Translations under genes and position numbers: made by a program
Source of the DNA: an uncultured Bacilli bacterium
GTDB lineage: Bacteria; Bacillota_I; Bacilli_A; RF39; UBA660
Length of the DNA: 64,000 nucleotides
Direction: 5' to 3'
Assembly (NCBI GenBank): GCA_944372195.1
Contig: CALVYK010000001.1
Coordinates: forward strand, 47,644 to 111,643
Shown here: piece by piece, positions 30,123 to 40,402 of the stretch
Numbering within the stretch: position 1 is the first letter of the stretch
Layout of the letters: each line of letters opens with the position of its first letter
Notes under the pieces: generated by a model
Seen by the model: only the letters and a program-made list of their open reading frames with translations
Databases searched by the model: none
What the model was told of the DNA's origin: nothing

Positions 30123-30620
30123 ATGAAGAATTTATATATAGATTTTGATGGAGTAATAATGGATACAATAAGTGTTACTTATGATATGTTAGATAGATTA
30201 GAAGTTGATAGAAAAGATTCAGATAAAATGAAAGAATTTTTTTCAAATTTAAATTGGAAACAATTACTTACTTTGACACCTATTATTAACGATGCATTTA
30301 ATTGTTTAAAAAAGATATTTGCTTCTAATAAGTTTAACGTTGCAATACTTACGCATGTTAATTCATTAGATGAAGCAGTAGCTAAGATAAATTATATTAG
30401 AAAATATTTTAAAGATGTAACAATTATTCCTGTTCCAAGAGAAATATCAAAAACAAAAATATGTTTAAGTAAAGATGCTATTTTAATTGATGATTATTCT
30501 GGTAATTTAAAAGAATGGGCAGCAGAAGGTGGAATTGGAGTTCAATTTTCAAGAGATTTAACTAAAGATAAAGGATTTCCTGTTATCGATAAATTAGATA
30601 AAGTAATAGATATGTTTTAG
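30123..30620 (+). CDS. HAD-family 5'(3')-deoxyribonucleotidase-like protein
   Basis: DFDGV motif at the N-terminus. Confidence 0.6.
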   Translation: MKNLYIDFDGVIMDTISVTYDMLDRLEVDRKDSDKMKEFFSNLNWKQLLTLTPIINDAFNCLKKIFASNKFNVAILTHVNSLDEAVAKINYIRKYFKDVTIIPVPREISKTKICLSKDAILIDDYSGNLKEWAAEGGIGVQFSRDLTKDKGFPVIDKLDKVIDMF

Positions 30621-30632
30621 GAGGAGTTATTT

Positions 30633-32225
30633 ATGGAATTATTTATATTATCTTTATTAAGTATGTTTTTATATGTATGTTTAGATTTAAAAAAATCTTT
30701 TCATATGTTACAACAAAATTGGTATAACGATGGAAATAGATATTTAAAATGGATTAACAACAACAGTAGATTTGTATTTTTATGGTTTGATTACTTATAT
30801 GTGTTTATTGTATTATTAGGGGTGTTTATAAATAATAATATTTTAAGTATTATTGTAACAATTTATTATTTGATTATATCTATTATTTTATATAATCGAT
30901 ATAAACACGAGCAAGTAAAAAAACCTCTTGCTTTTACTAGTAGAATTAAAAGAATGTGTGTTACTATTTTAATTATTTATAGTATACCAATTGTAACAAT
31001 TCTATTAACGTTTTGTTCGCAAAATGTATATTTATATTATTTTATAATAGGAAGTTTAATTTATTTTAATTATTATATAGTTTATTTAGCTAATATAATA
31101 AATAAACCAGTTGAAAAATTTGTATATTTATATTATAAAACTAAAGCAATTAAAAAATTAAAATCATTATCTCATATGAAAGTTGTAGCTGTAACAGGAA
31201 GTTATGGAAAAACTAGTACTAAAAATATTATAAGTGATATTTTAAATGTTAGATATATGGCTTTTCCAACACCTAAAAACTTTAATACTAACTATGGATT
31301 AATCAGAACAATTAATGAATATATTGATAAATATAATGATTATTTTATAGCTGAATTAGGAGCATTTAGAAGAGGAGATATTAGATCACGTGCTAGTATT
31401 GTTAAACCTAAGTATGGTGTATTAACTAAAATTGGAACTGCTCATTTAGATACTTTTGGTTCTATTGAAAATACAACAAAAACTAAATTTGAATTAATCG
31501 AATATTTACCTAAAGATGGAGTAGGATTTCTAAATATTGATGATGAGTTACAGGTAAATTATAAATTAAAAAACAATATTAGAATAGTTTGGTATGGATT
31601 ATCTGATAAAGCTGATGTATATGCTACAGATATTAAATATTCAAATAAAGGAATGAGTTTTAAAGTTCATTTTAAAGGTGATAAAAAATCTTATGAGTTT
31701 ACGACAAAATTATTAGGCGAGGCTAATGTTTATAATATTTTAGCTGGTATTGCCGTTGGTAAAGAATTAGGATTAAATATTGAAGAATTACAAAAAGGTG
31801 TATTACAAATTAAAACAATTGAACATCGATTAGAAATGAAAAAATATGGTAATATCACTTATATAGATGATGCTTATAATTCTAATCCAGTTGGTTCTAA
31901 AATGGCTTTAGATGTTTTAAAACTAATGCCAGGCAAAAAAATCATTATTACTCCAGGTATGGTTGAAATGGGCGATAAACAATACGAAGTAAATTATAAT
32001 TTTGGTAAATTTATAGCTGATAGTGTTGATTTAGCAATTTTAGTAGGAGCTCATCAAACTAAACCAATTCAAGATGGTATTAAAGATTCTAAGTTTGATG
32101 ATGATAAATTAGTTATTGTTAATGATGTAAAAGAAGCTATTAACATTGCTCAAAATTATTATAAAGGTAAAGAAGTTTATATTTTATTAGAAAATGATTT
32201 GCCAGATTTATTTAATGAAAAATAA
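30633..32225 (+). CDS. MurF-like Mur ligase with an N-terminal polytopic membrane domain
   Basis: About 170 aa with 5-6 TM helices replace the usual UDP-binding domain; P-loop VAVTGSYGKTSTK; MurF signature DDAYNSNP. Confidence 0.7.
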   Translation: MELFILSLLSMFLYVCLDLKKSFHMLQQNWYNDGNRYLKWINNNSRFVFLWFDYLYVFIVLLGVFINNNILSIIVTIYYLIISIILYNRYKHEQVKKPLAFTSRIKRMCVTILIIYSIPIVTILLTFCSQNVYLYYFIIGSLIYFNYYIVYLANIINKPVEKFVYLYYKTKAIKKLKSLSHMKVVAVTGSYGKTSTKNIISDILNVRYMAFPTPKNFNTNYGLIRTINEYIDKYNDYFIAELGAFRRGDIRSRASIVKPKYGVLTKIGTAHLDTFGSIENTTKTKFELIEYLPKDGVGFLNIDDELQVNYKLKNNIRIVWYGLSDKADVYATDIKYSNKGMSFKVHFKGDKKSYEFTTKLLGEANVYNILAGIAVGKELGLNIEELQKGVLQIKTIEHRLEMKKYGNITYIDDAYNSNPVGSKMALDVLKLMPGKKIIITPGMVEMGDKQYEVNYNFGKFIADSVDLAILVGAHQTKPIQDGIKDSKFDDDKLVIVNDVKEAINIAQNYYKGKEVYILLENDLPDLFNEK

Positions 32226-32251
32226 GACATATTAAGATTTATGTCTTTTTT
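32224..32251 (+). terminator. intrinsic terminator
   Basis: AAGACATA ttaagat TATGTCTT TTTT. Confidence 0.7.
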
Positions 32252-32301
32252 GTTTACGATTTTGTTTACGATTTGACAATTTTAAAAATTAATATTATAA
32301 T
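32251..32301 (+). promoter_or_regulatory. Fic gene promoter with tandem 11-bp direct repeat TGTTTACGATT x2
   Basis: Repeats at 32251-61 and 32264-74; TTGACA (32273-8), 17-nt spacer, TATAAT (32296-301). Confidence 0.55.
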
Positions 32302-32328
32302 AATCACTCAAAAAAGGGGGGAACCTTT

Positions 32329-33132
32329 ATGGAAAATAGTTTACGTGATTTAATAGTTTTAATATTTGAAGGTTATCTAAAAAGAAAGGGTGAACATCGA
32401 TTATATAAAAAAGACAGTTTAATTCCTGAACAAATAATTTCTATGTATTATCAATCTAATAGTGATCCACAATTTAATACTATTTATTATAATTTTAAAA
32501 GAAATTATTTATATAATGAAAGCCGAATTGATGAAACAATTACAGAAGAGGAAAGAAAAGGATTATCTAAGGTATATGATTATATAAGAGATTATGATTT
32601 TAGTAAGCAAAAATTTGATATATTTGTTGAAGCAATGAAAATACATATGCTTTTATATTCAGAATGTCCACATCCTGAATTTGGTGGTCAATTAAGAAAT
32701 GATAGTGTTATTTTAAATAAAGAAATGATTGAAGTACCACCAGCAGATGAAGCTAAAAAATATTTTCAATCATTTATAGGCAAAAAACTACCAGAAGTTG
32801 ATTTTAAAAATTCTGTTTCCATTTTTGATTACATTAATTCATGTATTTATATTACTACTGAATTAATTAAGGCTCAACCATTTACTGATGGTAATAAACG
32901 TACATTTAGAGCATTATTAAATTTAATGTTTAAGCAATATAATTTACCACCCGTTTATGTTAAAACAAAAGAAAGAACTGAATATAAAGATGCTTTAATG
33001 AAAGCCATGAAGAAAAAAGATTATACTTCATTAAATCAATTTTATTATTATAAGATATGTGATTCAATTTATGATTTAGATATTTCTGAAGAATTAAAAC
33101 CAGAACAACCAAAAAATTTAGTAAAAAAATAA
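32329..33132 (+). CDS. Fic/DOC family protein
   Basis: Fic-like motif PFTDGNKRTFRAL. Confidence 0.65.
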   Translation: MENSLRDLIVLIFEGYLKRKGEHRLYKKDSLIPEQIISMYYQSNSDPQFNTIYYNFKRNYLYNESRIDETITEEERKGLSKVYDYIRDYDFSKQKFDIFVEAMKIHMLLYSECPHPEFGGQLRNDSVILNKEMIEVPPADEAKKYFQSFIGKKLPEVDFKNSVSIFDYINSCIYITTELIKAQPFTDGNKRTFRALLNLMFKQYNLPPVYVKTKERTEYKDALMKAMKKKDYTSLNQFYYYKICDSIYDLDISEELKPEQPKNLVKK

Positions 33133-33155
33133 AAACTCTATTTAAGTAGAGTTTT
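33132..33155. terminator. bidirectional terminator
   Basis: AAAACTCTA tttaag TAGAGTTTT. Confidence 0.7.
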
Positions 33156-34544
33156 TAAGTGCTTTTTAACTTCATCAATATCACAAAATTCAATTATTTT
33201 ATCTTTTAATATTTGATAGTTTTCACTACCTTTACCAATTATTAAAACTATATCATCTTTTCGAGCAATATTAATTGCTTTTTTTATTGCTTCACTTCTA
33301 TCTAAAATAATTTCATAGTTTTTATAATCTTTAACCTTACTAACTAAATCATTGGCTATATCCATAGGATCCTCATTTCTTGGATCTTGACTAGTTACAA
33401 TAGCATAATCACAATTAGTTATAACATTATATCCTTTACTAGGTCTTTTAGATCTATCTCTTTCTCCTGGTTCAGAAAAAACAACAATTAATTTATTAAA
33501 TACTAAACTATTAATAAATTCCAATAATTTACTTATACCATTTGGAGTATGTGCATAATCAACAATAACTTTGAAATTTTGCCCCATATCAATATTTTCT
33601 AATCGGCCACTGATTTTAATATTTTTAACTTTAGCTATTAATTCATTTAAGTCGTACCCTAAACTAACTAAAGCAAGTAGGGCAGCACTTAAATTGTAAA
33701 CATTAAACATAGCTATTAAAGGACTTACTATTTTATATTCTTTATTTTGATAAACAATTGTAAACGTTGTTTTGTCAATATCTAGTTTAACATCTTTAAA
33801 GTATAAATCATTGTCACTACCTTTACCATATGTATATATTTTTTTACAATGTTTAGCTACTTCATTAAAATGTTCATCATCTTTATTTAAAATACAAGGA
33901 CCTATCGTATTATCAAATAATTTACATTTACAGTTAATATAATTTTCTAAAGTTTTATGAGTATTTAAATGTTCTTTTGTAATGTTTGTTATAATACTAC
34001 AATTAAATTTAATTCCATCAATTCTATTATAATAGAGAGCTTCACTAGATACTTCCATACTAACATTTTTAATACCATTTTTAACCATATCATAAAATAA
34101 TGGTATTGTTTTGTCTAAGCCTGGGGTCGTATTAAGTGTTTTTTCTTTATAATTATTATAGTTAATTCCATTTGTTCCTATATAAGCACAATTAGATAAT
34201 AGTTCATAAATAATTGTTGCAACAGTTGTTTTACCATCAGTGCCGGTTATTCCTATCATATTTAATTTTTTAGTAGGGTAATCATAAAATTTATTTATAA
34301 TTTCAACATAAGTTTCATTCGGATTATCTACTTTAATAATAGGAACTTTTTTATTTCCAATATCTTTTTTAACTATAACTGCGCTAGCTCCTTTATTAAT
34401 AGCATCATCAATAAATAGGTGTCTATCCATTGTTTTAGTATCAGTACAAATAAATAAATCACCTTTTTTAATATTTGCTGAACTTGTTTTAATACCAGTT
34501 ATATCTATATCATAATCACAATTTATTAATTCTTTTAATTTCAT
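33138..34544 (-). CDS. second MurE-type Mur ligase (UDP-MurNAc-L-Ala-D-Glu : amino acid ligase paralog)
   Basis: P-loop IGITGTDGKTTV; complete three-domain MurE fold; motif DPRNEDP rather than the canonical DNPR. Confidence 0.75.
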   Translation of the reverse strand: MKLKELINCDYDIDITGIKTSSANIKKGDLFICTDTKTMDRHLFIDDAINKGASAVIVKKDIGNKKVPIIKVDNPNETYVEIINKFYDYPTKKLNMIGITGTDGKTTVATIIYELLSNCAYIGTNGINYNNYKEKTLNTTPGLDKTIPLFYDMVKNGIKNVSMEVSSEALYYNRIDGIKFNCSIITNITKEHLNTHKTLENYINCKCKLFDNTIGPCILNKDDEHFNEVAKHCKKIYTYGKGSDNDLYFKDVKLDIDKTTFTIVYQNKEYKIVSPLIAMFNVYNLSAALLALVSLGYDLNELIAKVKNIKISGRLENIDMGQNFKVIVDYAHTPNGISKLLEFINSLVFNKLIVVFSEPGERDRSKRPSKGYNVITNCDYAIVTSQDPRNEDPMDIANDLVSKVKDYKNYEIILDRSEAIKKAINIARKDDIVLIIGKGSENYQILKDKIIEFCDIDEVKKHLKTLLK

Positions 34545-36262
34545 TTTTTCACCTTCTTAATTATTATTATAGCACATACACTAGCAAGAAAAATAATTAT
34601 ATAATTATTGTTTATATTTGTTTGTGCTTCTTCCACTATAAAATTTTCGTATTCATTAATTAAATTATTTATGTTTTCTACATTTCCATCAAAATTAATA
34701 AAATAATTTTTAACTTCATTATTAATACTATCATAATTTTCATTATCTTTATATTTATTATAAACATCAATTAAGTTATTTATTTCATCCGGTATTTCAT
34801 ATAAAGATGGGGCAATATCAGGTGTTTTATAATAATTAGTTGCATTTTCATAAGCGCTAGCTATTTGATATAAAGTTGTTTCGGTTTGACTCATTATTTC
34901 TAATCCATATGGTAAATCATTATAATATCCCATAGGAACACTAATAGCAGGATAACCAATTAATGGAGCTGTACTAGAACTTGCTGTATATATCTGTTCA
35001 TATTTAGCTTCTTCATTAGTAAATAGTTTAGTTTTTAAAGTAGGGTAGATAATAGCATCATAATTTTTAAATCTATTATTTGCAGTTTTAATATTATTAT
35101 TACGAATACTTATATAATTTTTATAACTATCAGTTAGTTTATAATCGTTGTTACAATAATATCCATTATATCCTTCAATATTTTGTGTGTAGCCACCATT
35201 TTTAATTAAATCATCTAAACTTTTTATTTTACTTGATGTTCCTTTTAAATATTCGTTAAAGTTATAACACATTGTAGTTGCATCAAATTTATAAGTTAAG
35301 GAAAAACTATCTATATAAGTTATTTCAGCTCCTAATTCTTTTAATTTATCAATTGCCTCATTCATCATATCATAAATAAATTGATCTGTTTTACCATAAG
35401 TAATACTAGTATTATTAGTATTAGGATTCATAAATCCAGATACAACAGCAATTTTAATACCATTTAAATCTTTATTTAAACAATCCTCATATTTAATATC
35501 TTTATCATCTAAAATATCTAAAATAACTGCATTATCACTTACATATTTAGTTATAACACCAACAACGTCTCTTGTTTCTTCAAATTTAATAACACCACTA
35601 GTGTTTATTAGATCATAAGATGGTCTTAAGCCAACAACACCATTGGCACTACTAGGAACTCTAATTGAACTACCTGTATCAGTTCCTAGTGCATAGACAG
35701 CTAGATTAGCAGCTACTGAAACTGCACTCCCACCTGATGAACCATAAGCTGAATAATTTGTATTAAAGGCATTATAAGTATAACCAAAACTGCTATGAGT
35801 GTATGATGCATTAAAAGCAAATTCATCCATATTAGCTTTGCCGATTATAATTGCACCATTATCGATTAATTTTTGAACGGCATAACTATTTTCATAAGGG
35901 TAAGAATCTAATAAAGCTTTAGTACCATTAGTTGTTGGAAGTCCTTTAACATCAATATTATCTTTAACGATAACAGGTAGTCCAAATATTAAGCTTCTTC
36001 TTCCTTTTTCTTGATATTCTATATCTAATTTTTTAGCTTCTTCAATTGCATTTTCATTAATTGTAATTAAAGCATTATATTGCTCATTATATTCATTGAT
36101 TCGATCTAAATATAATTTGACTATTTTTTCATAAGTTAAATAACCTTGATCAACATATTCTTGTATTTCATATATATTTAATTCATTAATATCGATTATT
36201 GCTTGTTCTAATGCATTAATTTTAAAAGGAATTAATAATAAAAGTAATAAAAGCTTTTTCAT
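34541..36262 (-). CDS. secreted or membrane-anchored amidase-signature (GatA-like) enzyme
   Basis: Signal peptide, C-terminal TM helix, AS motif GGSSGGSAVSVAA...GTDTGSSIRVPSS; stop codon overlaps the MurE-like start (ATGA). Confidence 0.75.
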   Translation of the reverse strand: MKKLLLLLLLIPFKINALEQAIIDINELNIYEIQEYVDQGYLTYEKIVKLYLDRINEYNEQYNALITINENAIEEAKKLDIEYQEKGRRSLIFGLPVIVKDNIDVKGLPTTNGTKALLDSYPYENSYAVQKLIDNGAIIIGKANMDEFAFNASYTHSSFGYTYNAFNTNYSAYGSSGGSAVSVAANLAVYALGTDTGSSIRVPSSANGVVGLRPSYDLINTSGVIKFEETRDVVGVITKYVSDNAVILDILDDKDIKYEDCLNKDLNGIKIAVVSGFMNPNTNNTSITYGKTDQFIYDMMNEAIDKLKELGAEITYIDSFSLTYKFDATTMCYNFNEYLKGTSSKIKSLDDLIKNGGYTQNIEGYNGYYCNNDYKLTDSYKNYISIRNNNIKTANNRFKNYDAIIYPTLKTKLFTNEEAKYEQIYTASSSTAPLIGYPAISVPMGYYNDLPYGLEIMSQTETTLYQIASAYENATNYYKTPDIAPSLYEIPDEINNLIDVYNKYKDNENYDSINNEVKNYFINFDGNVENINNLINEYENFIVEEAQTNINNNYIIIFLASVCAIIIIKKVKK

Positions 36263-36329
36263 TTACAATCACCACACTTATTTTACCACACTTTTTCAAT
36301 AATTGAATAGAATAAAATAGGTGATTATA

Positions 36330-37634
36330 ATGAATATTAAAGATGATTCAAGAAAAGTAAATAAAGGTGACATATTTGTTGCTTTAAAAAAAGTTAATGA
36401 TGGTCATAAGTATGTATTGGATGCTATTAAAAATGGGGCTAGTAAAGTAGTAGTTAGTGATGGTGATTATGAAGTTGAAACGCTAAAAGTAAAAGATACT
36501 CATGAATATTTAGTAAATTACTTATATGATAATTATTATGATAAGATAAAAAATTTAAAATTAATTGGGATGACTGGAACTAATGGTAAAACGACAACCT
36601 GTTTTTTGATATATCAAGCTTTAAATAAATTGGGTATAAAGTGTGCATATATTGGAACAATTGGCTTCTATTTAGATAAAAAAATTAAACCATTAAATAA
36701 TACTACTCCAGATATATTAGAAATATATGAATTATTGTTAGAATGTGTAGATAATGATTATGAATATGTAGTAATGGAATGTAGTAGTCATGCACTAGAT
36801 ATGCATAGATTAGATAAATTAGAATTTAAATATGGGATTTTTTCTAACTTAACTCAAGATCATTTGGATTATCATAAGACTTTAGAAAATTACATAAAAG
36901 CTAAACAAAAACTATTTGATAAAGTAACTATTAAAACATTTGTTAATAGTGATGATAAATATAAAGATTACTTTATTAGAGATAACACAATAACATATGG
37001 TTTAAATGGAGATTATAAATTAAGTGATATAAATCTTAAGGAAAGAACTTTTAAAGTTAATAATATTACTTATAAAACTAATTTAATCGGGGAACATAAT
37101 ATATATAATTTATTAGTTGTAATAGCCTTATTAAGTGAATTAAAATTAGATACCAAAGTAATAGAAGAACTAACATGTCCTCCTGGTAGAATGGATATTG
37201 TGAATTATAAAGACAATATGATTGTAATAGATTACGCTCATACACCAGATGCGGTTAGTAAAATATTAGATTCTATTAAAGAATTAAATTTTAATAAAAT
37301 TATAACGATAATTGGGTGTGGTGGGGATCGAGATAGTTTTAAAAGACCAATTATGAGCAAAATTGCTTGTGATAATAGTGATCATGTCATTTTTACAAAT
37401 GATAATCCAAGATATGAAAATCCTAATAATATTATTAGTGATATGTTACATAATCTTGACAAATTTAATTATGAAATTATCTTAAATCGTGAAAAAGCAA
37501 TCATAAAGGGTATACAAAGGTTAGAAAAAAATGATATACTATTAGTGCTTGGAAAAGGACATGAAAATTATCAAATTATAAATGGAGTAAAACATCATTT
37601 TGATGATAAAGAAATTGTACTAAAAAATATATAA
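36330..37634 (+). CDS. murE: UDP-MurNAc-L-Ala-D-Glu--2,6-diaminopimelate ligase
   Basis: IGMTGTNGKTTT and the meso-DAP signature DNPRYENP; start moved to the ATG preceded by TAGGTGA. Confidence 0.85.
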   Translation: MNIKDDSRKVNKGDIFVALKKVNDGHKYVLDAIKNGASKVVVSDGDYEVETLKVKDTHEYLVNYLYDNYYDKIKNLKLIGMTGTNGKTTTCFLIYQALNKLGIKCAYIGTIGFYLDKKIKPLNNTTPDILEIYELLLECVDNDYEYVVMECSSHALDMHRLDKLEFKYGIFSNLTQDHLDYHKTLENYIKAKQKLFDKVTIKTFVNSDDKYKDYFIRDNTITYGLNGDYKLSDINLKERTFKVNNITYKTNLIGEHNIYNLLVVIALLSELKLDTKVIEELTCPPGRMDIVNYKDNMIVIDYAHTPDAVSKILDSIKELNFNKIITIIGCGGDRDSFKRPIMSKIACDNSDHVIFTNDNPRYENPNNIISDMLHNLDKFNYEIILNREKAIIKGIQRLEKNDILLVLGKGHENYQIINGVKHHFDDKEIVLKNI

Positions 37635-37648
37635 GTGGAGATGATTAT

Positions 37649-38638
37649 GTGTTAATTTTAGCAAAAGCGGTACTAGCATTCATGATAGGGTTTATATTAT
37701 CAATTATATTTGGGGTAATTTTAATACCATTATTGAAAAAATTAAATATAAAACAAACGGTAAGTATATTTTTATCTAAACACAAGGACAAAGAAGGAAC
37801 ACCAACAATGGGAGGATTAATATTTATAATTCCAACTATTTTATCAGCTGTTATTTTGCTTTTAACTAATAAATTAGAAATGACTTATAATTTAGGTATT
37901 GTTTTATTTGTTTTTTTAGCTTATGGATTATTAGGATTTATCGATGATTATTTAATTATTAGAAGACATAATAATTTTGGCTTAACAGAATTACAAAAAC
38001 TAGTAGGTCAAATATTAATAGCAATTGTATTTTTTATTTTATTTAGAGCAGGTGGTAGAGAGCCGGTATTAGAAATATATACATTTAATTTAACTATACC
38101 TTTAGGTTGGTTTTATTGGGTATTAATTTTACTTATGTTAGTAGCTACTACTAATGCAGTTAACTTAACAGATGGTTTAGATGGTTTAGCTGGTGGTTTG
38201 TCAGCAATTGCCTTTTTAGCTTTTGGGATGATAGCTTGGGCATCACTTGGGATTGAAGGTAATGAAGATATTGGTGTATTTTGCTTCATATTAGTGGGAG
38301 CTTTAATAGCATTCTGTTTCTTTAATACATATCCTGCTAAAGTGTTTATGGGTGACACTGGATCTTTAGCATTAGGTGGTACATTAGCTGCTGTATCAAT
38401 TGTTTCAAGTCATGAATTAACTTTAATAGTTGTAGCCGGTGTATTTGTAGTTGAAACTTTAGTATGCATTATTCAACGAGTATCAGTAAGATTTACGGGT
38501 AAAAGAATATTTTTAATGACACCTTTACATCATCATTTTGAAAAACTAGGTTGGCAAGAATTAGATATAGTTAAAATGTTTTGGTTTTTTGGAATTGTTT
38601 TAGCTGCAATAGCAATATTATGGGGTGTTTGGATGTAA
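37649..38638 (+). CDS. mraY: phospho-N-acetylmuramoyl-pentapeptide transferase (GTG start)
   Basis: Ten-TM MraY motifs (NAVNLTDGLDGLA; HHHFE). Confidence 0.9.
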   Translation: MLILAKAVLAFMIGFILSIIFGVILIPLLKKLNIKQTVSIFLSKHKDKEGTPTMGGLIFIIPTILSAVILLLTNKLEMTYNLGIVLFVFLAYGLLGFIDDYLIIRRHNNFGLTELQKLVGQILIAIVFFILFRAGGREPVLEIYTFNLTIPLGWFYWVLILLMLVATTNAVNLTDGLDGLAGGLSAIAFLAFGMIAWASLGIEGNEDIGVFCFILVGALIAFCFFNTYPAKVFMGDTGSLALGGTLAAVSIVSSHELTLIVVAGVFVVETLVCIIQRVSVRFTGKRIFLMTPLHHHFEKLGWQELDIVKMFWFFGIVLAAIAILWGVWM

Positions 38639-38663
38639 AAACTGCTTAAAACAGTTTTTTTTA
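38637..38663 (+). terminator. intrinsic terminator after mraY
   Basis: AAACTG cttaaaa CAGTTT TTTTTT. Confidence 0.65.
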
Positions 38664-38716
38664 TTGCAATTAATTAAAAAAAATTGTATAATTAATTAAG
38701 AATAGGAGCTGTTAAA

Positions 38717-40402
38717 ATGAAAAATATAACCAAAAATTTACAAAAAGATGCTTTTACCTTAGCAGAATTGATAGGTGTTGTAATAATATTAGCAATAATA
38801 GCTTTATTAGCATTTCCGCCTATATTGAATGCAATTCGACAAACAAAAGGGAAAATAAGTGATGCAAGTAAAGAAATATTATATAATGCGACAGGGCTTT
38901 ATGTTAGTGATAACCTTGACTATTATCCTAAGTATAATGGGAATACTTATTGTGTAACTATAAATGAGTTGACTAAAGGTGAATATTTACCTACTAAAGT
39001 ATATGATTCAGTAACTGGTAATGAAATCTCACAAGATAGTATGATAGAAGTAAATGTTGATAATGGTATTTATAATTACAATTTAAATAATGAATGTGAA
39101 GAATATTACAAATATGGCCCATTGACAAAAGTTTTATTAGGACAATATAATGAATCAAATACAACTGGATTAGTAAAAGATAGCTCAAACGAAAATTTAT
39201 ATTATTATACTGGGACAAATGAACAAGTAGCTAATAATTATTTATGGTATGGCGGCCATCAATGGCGAGTATTAGAGTTTAATATAGATGAAAATACTTT
39301 AACTTTAATAACACAACAGCCATTAACAGCAATCCAACCCGCTAGTTCTGCTTGGGAAACCAAAGAAGCATATGAATCAAGCTATATCAATACATGGTTA
39401 AATGATTACTTTTGGAATAGTTTAGATAGTAGCATACAAAATAATATATTAGATAGTATATTTAATGTTGGAATATATACTGATGTCGATGAGATAATGG
39501 CAATTAATAAAGTAGGACTATTAGATGAGGAACAATATAAAAGAGCAGGAAATACAGATTCATTTTTAGATATAAAAGATCATTTTTGGTTAGGTAATAG
39601 ATATGTTTCGTCTTACGTTCGCTGCGTCTACAACGATGGTCGCCTCTTCCGCACTTCCGTTTCGTCTGCGTTTGGCGTGCGTGCAGTTATAAAAATTTCT
39701 GATATAACCATCACTGAAGGGGATGGTACTCTTACAAGCAATTATCAAGTAGCAAATAAAGCAACAGATACTAATAATGTACAAGTAGGAGAATATATCA
39801 ATGTGCCATATAGTGGAAGTGACAGTGCTTGTGGAAGTGATAATATGTGCACATTTAGAGTAGTAAGTAAAGATAGTGATAGTATTAAAGTAGTACTAAA
39901 TGGATTACTTCCAACAGCAAGTGCATATGGAAGTTCAACAACAATAAGTACGAGTCATACAATATATACCCCACTGAATACATTTGTTGAAGGAATAAGT
40001 GACACATATCGATATACCGGAAATAAAATATTCTATATAGGAGATTATCCATCTGGTTCAAATTATAAAGATGTACAAAATGAAATATTGGGAGCAAGTG
40101 TGGGATTACCAACAGTAGGAGAAATGTTTAGTGGCAATGACATTGATTTAAGTACATCAAGTACCAAAACATTTGTTGATATAAATACAATCGAAAATCC
40201 AACTGTATCAAATTACTATTGGACAATGAATGGATATAGTTCGTCTCTCGTTCGCAGCGTCCACAGCAATGGCCACCTCAGCGACAATAGTCCTTCGGTT
40301 GCGTTCGGCGTGCGTGCAGTTATATATTTGAAGTCAGGGACTTCAGCCATAACCTTCACAGGGGGAGATGGAAAAGCTCAAAAGCCTTATACTTTAGATT
40401 AA
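38717..40402 (+). CDS. pilin-like (prepilin N-terminal) secreted protein with two GC-rich SVRCV/GVRAVI (DUF1566-like) repeats, inserted in the dcw cluster
   Basis: N-terminus AFTLAELIGVVIILAIIALLAFPP; own promoter TTGCAA...TGTATAAT; repeats at 39601-39682 and 40241-40323. Confidence 0.7.
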   Translation: MKNITKNLQKDAFTLAELIGVVIILAIIALLAFPPILNAIRQTKGKISDASKEILYNATGLYVSDNLDYYPKYNGNTYCVTINELTKGEYLPTKVYDSVTGNEISQDSMIEVNVDNGIYNYNLNNECEEYYKYGPLTKVLLGQYNESNTTGLVKDSSNENLYYYTGTNEQVANNYLWYGGHQWRVLEFNIDENTLTLITQQPLTAIQPASSAWETKEAYESSYINTWLNDYFWNSLDSSIQNNILDSIFNVGIYTDVDEIMAINKVGLLDEEQYKRAGNTDSFLDIKDHFWLGNRYVSSYVRCVYNDGRLFRTSVSSAFGVRAVIKISDITITEGDGTLTSNYQVANKATDTNNVQVGEYINVPYSGSDSACGSDNMCTFRVVSKDSDSIKVVLNGLLPTASAYGSSTTISTSHTIYTPLNTFVEGISDTYRYTGNKIFYIGDYPSGSNYKDVQNEILGASVGLPTVGEMFSGNDIDLSTSSTKTFVDINTIENPTVSNYYWTMNGYSSSLVRSVHSNGHLSDNSPSVAFGVRAVIYLKSGTSAITFTGGDGKAQKPYTLD

